Shown here piece after piece: positions 60,559 to 64,000 of a stretch of DNA of 64,000 bases. A program made the translations under genes and the position numbers. The notes beneath the pieces are model-generated. The model ran no database searches. It was not told the origin of the DNA and was given only the letters and a program-made list of their open reading frames with translations. How positions within the stretch are numbered: the stretch's first letter is position 1; the number at the start of each line of letters is the position of its first letter. Source of the stretch: an uncultured Acidobacteriota bacterium (lineage in GTDB: Bacteria; Acidobacteriota; Terriglobia; Acidiferrales; UBA7541); assembly GCA_963824515.1 (NCBI GenBank), contig CAWGPN010000018.1:54910-118909 (forward strand), read 5' to 3'.

Positions 60559-62016
60559 TCAAGAGGATCTTCTCCAAGCCGCTGAGTCGTGCCAGAGGAC
60601 GAAGGAGGCCTCCAGTGGCACGGATGCTCCCCTATGGTGGGGAATCAGCCGCGGGGTGTAGTCAGCTCCAAGGCTAGTCGCGAAAACTCGGACAGTATAC
60701 GTGAAGCCGTTCGCCGAACCTACGAGGCGCTCATCACGCTTCGTGGGCTCCCGAATTGGCGCGGCGCCATTCTGTCCTTCGGCGTACAATTCGACCTTCA
60801 CCGCTTCCGGATCGAACTCATCAAGATTAACTTGAACCTGAAAGAAATACTGCTCCCCTTCCTGGTCCAGTGCCGCAGAACCGAATCGCAGTGCTGACCA
60901 GAGCTTCGAGAGCGCCTCCTGCCAGTTGAGCAGATCGAGACCGAGCCGACCATGGCTTGCTGCGCGCGCGGAGTAGTTGGCTGCCGCCAACAGGTAATGC
61001 TCTTCTGTGTACTGACGGACCACGCGGTTTGTAGAGAAAGAGGGAGTCAACCGCGCCATGCTTTCCCGCATTCTCGCAACCCAACCGACCGGAATCCCTA
61101 TTTCGTTGCGCGTGTAGAATTCGGGAACGACTTCCCGCTCCAGTAGCCCATAGAGGGCTTCGGTTCCGGCCGCATCCCAAGATGGATCGTCACTGTGCTC
61201 CTGTCCGTCGCCGATGGCCCAACCCACTTCGGGAGAATATGCTTCCGCCCACCAGCCATCGAGCTCCGAAAGGTTCAGGCCTCCATTGACGAGCACTCTC
61301 ATTCCGCTGGTGCCGCTTGCTTTCCATGGGCGCCGAGGTGTGTTCACCCAGACATCAACACCTTGAACAAGATGTTCCGCCATCAGCACGTCGTAATCAC
61401 TCAAGAAGACCACTCGCGAACGTACTTCTGGGCGGTGGGCGAAGTCGATCCACTGACGGATCATGTTTTGCCCCTCCACGTCTTGGGGGTGGGCTCTCCT
61501 AGCGAGAACCAGTTGGACAGGGCGGTCTCGATTCGTCAATATTCGCGCAAACCGTTGTGGATCATGTAGAAGGAGGTTCGGGCGCTTATATGACGCAAAG
61601 CGTCGCGCAAAGCCTAGAGTCAGGGCATTGGTATCGAGTGCCTGCGCGGCTTGCGCAAGATCCTCGCGAAAAGCGCCCGGGCTTGCTAGCTGCCGGACGT
61701 GCTGCTTTCGAACGTAGTCAACGAGAGACTTGCGGGCATCGGAGCGCAGTTGCCAAAATCTGGAGTCACTGACGCAGCGAAAATCCCTTTCGAGACTTGA
61801 CATCGTTCCGCGCCAGCGTTCTTTCCCACAAGAGACCTCCCAGAGATGATCTGCCTCAACGGAGTCCCACGCGGGCGTGTGCACACCATTTGTAACGTGC
61901 GTCACCGGGACCTCGACCTCCAGCCATCACGGGAACAACAACTGAAAATTCGGCGACTGACCTGCCCATGAAGCCGGCTTACACCATTGACGGCGCCGCT
62001 GCCGCGGGTGGCCAGG
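60559..62016 (-). pseudogene. glgP: Alpha-glucan (glycogen) phosphorylase, C-terminal half only
   Basis: VNGVSRLHG, HVTNGVH, GFARRFASYKR, NTPRRPW.ASGTSGM, LDGWW; 5' half replaced by an IS; the conserved EASGTSGMK reads KASGTSGMR. Confidence 0.88.
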
Positions 62017-63650
62017 TGTTCCTCTTCAGCACCTATGAGAGTAAGAAGGCGCATTTGGTAGCTACGATTTCGGGCTAGCGCACCCGTGGTTGTTTCCTTC
62101 GAGCGGCTGCGATTGTACCGAAACCGCTTTTCGAGCGTGACCCGTTTTTGTTCTTCCCTCCGTTTCAGGATTCCGTCCCGCCGTCCGTAGTACACATCGG
62201 CCGGTGCAACATTTCCGATCTCTTCGTGATGCCTTCGGTGATTGTAGAACTCGATGAACTCCGCGATTGACCGCCGCAACTCCTCGGGACTGGAGTACAC
62301 CAACAGATTCACGCGTGACTTCAGCGTCTCGTGGAAGTGCTCCAGTTTCCCATTCGTCTGTGGATGGTGCGGCGAACAACGAATGTGCCGCAGCGCCAGC
62401 ATCCGCAGATAGTCCTCGAAGGCGTGCGCCAGAAAACCGGGCCCGTTGTCGGTGACCAGCCGCGAACGATCTTCTACCGGCACGTTCTTCATCCCGGTCC
62501 ACCCGACCGCCTGTTCCACGACGTCCGAGATCGATTCCGCCGCCATGTCCGTCTTCAACTCCCCCCGCCAGGATCATCCGCGAGTAATCGTCGAGCACCG
62601 CAATCAGGTAATACCAACCCACCACGAAAAAGTAGCTCACATCACTCTCGTAGTCTTCACCCGATATTCTTTCACCGCGGGAAAACCCACTACGTTCACT
62701 CCCCGAATCAGCCCGTGGCACTTCAGCACTCGATAGACACTCGATTCCGACACGGCAAAGCCGGCGTGATCGCTTCGCCAGCACGCCACCTCGCGCGGGC
62801 TGCGGTCCGGCTCTCGCAAAGCCGCTCCCAAGATGGCCTTTTCTTCTCCCGGCTTGATCCGATTCCACACCGTTCCCGGCTGTGGCCGCCGGTCCACTAG
62901 TCCTGCTTCGCCCTCGTACCGATACCGCCGCTGCCAGCGATAGTAGGTCGAAGCCGCAAGTCCCATCTCTCCCATCGTCTGCTTCTTCTCGACCGGCGAC
63001 CGCCGCACCAGTTCATCACTTCCCGCTTCCGCTCCGGCTTCATGCGCTCGTACCGCCTCCGCGCCAGAAGCCATAATACTGGCTTTTTTTCAGAGTCATG
63101 TTGGCCAGGCTCAGATCGGCGACGAGTTGCTTGAGCCGCTCATTCTCCTGACGCAACTGCTCGACTTCCTCGCGGTTCGCTTCCCTTTGGGTGTCCCCGC
63201 GCAAACGCTTCTTGCCCGCCTCCATGAAATCCTTTAGCCATTTGTAGTAGACGGTAGAATGAATGCCCTGGCGACGGCACAGCTCCGCCACCGAGACTTC
63301 TGCGCGTACCCCTCCGAGCAAGATGCGGATCTTCTCTTCGCTCGGGAATCTTCTGCGGCTGGCCTGTTTGGCGCGGCGGATCAAAGCGCGTGCCGTATCC
63401 CCCGAACGCGTTGCTGCGCTCGATGACTCGGTCTTTGTGAAGACTGCGTTGATGGGTTCGTTCTCTTCTTCGAACATGTTCACCCTTTCCAGCCCCGCAC
63501 GGGACGCCGGATTCGACTGCCTCCGCCGGACCCCGTCCGGCCAGAGCCCCGCGGCTCCGGCAGTCTAATCCCAGTTAGGGGTGAACTCAGCTTCGAAACT
63601 GTAGCTTACCGCTCGTCTGCTCCCACTCCCATTTCCGCTGAAGTCAGACA
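62017..63650 (-). mobile_element. IS3/IS481-type insertion sequence, degenerate (orfA 63040-63483, frameshifted orfB)
   Basis: HTH orfA ending at an A7 run (CTGAAAAAAAGCC); rve core VLDDYSR, TDNGPGF, PQTNGKLE; imperfect IRs TGTTCCTCTTCAGCACCTATGAGAGT / TGTCTGACTTCAGCGGAAATGGGAGT; no TSD. Confidence 0.82.
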
Positions 63651-63788
63651 CTATCACTGCTACCTGGAAATCCTAGACCGCGGTACCGAATTACCAAAAA
63701 CAAGTCGTTGACGATACTTGTGCGAGCCGATGCAAGCCTGAGTTTGCTCCAACGGCTTGTGGTAAATTCGACGCTTCGGGAGTTGGTG

Positions 63789-64000
63789 GTGCCAAACAAA
63801 AAAGAACAACCAACGACGATTTACCAAATCAAGATCACCCTGAATGGGTTGAACCCGGCCATCTGGCGGAAGATGCAGGTCTCTGCAGATGTTACCCTGT
63901 TCAAGCTTCACAGGATCATCCAAGAAGCAATGGGCTGGACGGATTCGCACTTGCACCAGTTCGTGATCGGCGACGACATCTACAAGATCCGTGACCCATA
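63789..64000 (+). CDS. Plasmid pRiA4b ORF-3 family protein (truncated by the window end)
   Basis: IYQIKITL...PAIWRKMQV...TLFKLHRIIQEAMGWTDSHLHQF. Confidence 0.88.
   Translation, partial: MPNKKEQPTTIYQIKITLNGLNPAIWRKMQVSADVTLFKLHRIIQEAMGWTDSHLHQFVIGDDIYKIRDP

Overview
GC-rich bacterial chromosome segment whose gene content and repeat style suggest Acidobacteriota (inference). Scattered 1-nt frameshifts hit many otherwise well-conserved genes (lctP, cyc2-like, cytochrome b/c, radical SAM, PKS, NRPS), which looks like long-read indel error, so 'frameshifted' does not necessarily mean dead. Bases 1-5.3 kb are a small plasticity zone: an ArsR-SRPBCC cassette, REP-like hairpins, Crp, an O-methyltransferase, and duplicated relics of the lctP 3' end and glcD 5' start. 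Bases 5.3-19.2 kb look like core genes (lctP, recQ, an ECF sigma/anti-sigma/ABC operon, a desaturase, a two-component system). A 3' half of tRNA-Pro(TGG) at 19218-19266 marks the probable edge of a genomic island running past the window end. The island carries: (i) the best candidate for a new system, an operon of a Cyc2-like cytochrome-porin, a Rieske protein and a cytochrome b fused to five tandem monoheme cytochrome c domains on long Ala/Pro linkers; (ii) a partly decayed sugar-phosphate/acid-stress block (PMI, HAD/PMM, GH130, P3A H+-ATPase, PPK2, DedA, fragments of fba, gnd, zwf, glgP); (iii) a FAAL-PKS-NRPS lipopeptide/amino-lipid cluster with TEII, Sfp, a convergent LolA-like/ABC exporter and a B12-radical SAM gene; and (iv) several IS elements or relics. 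All family calls come from motif recognition by eye; no database searches were run.
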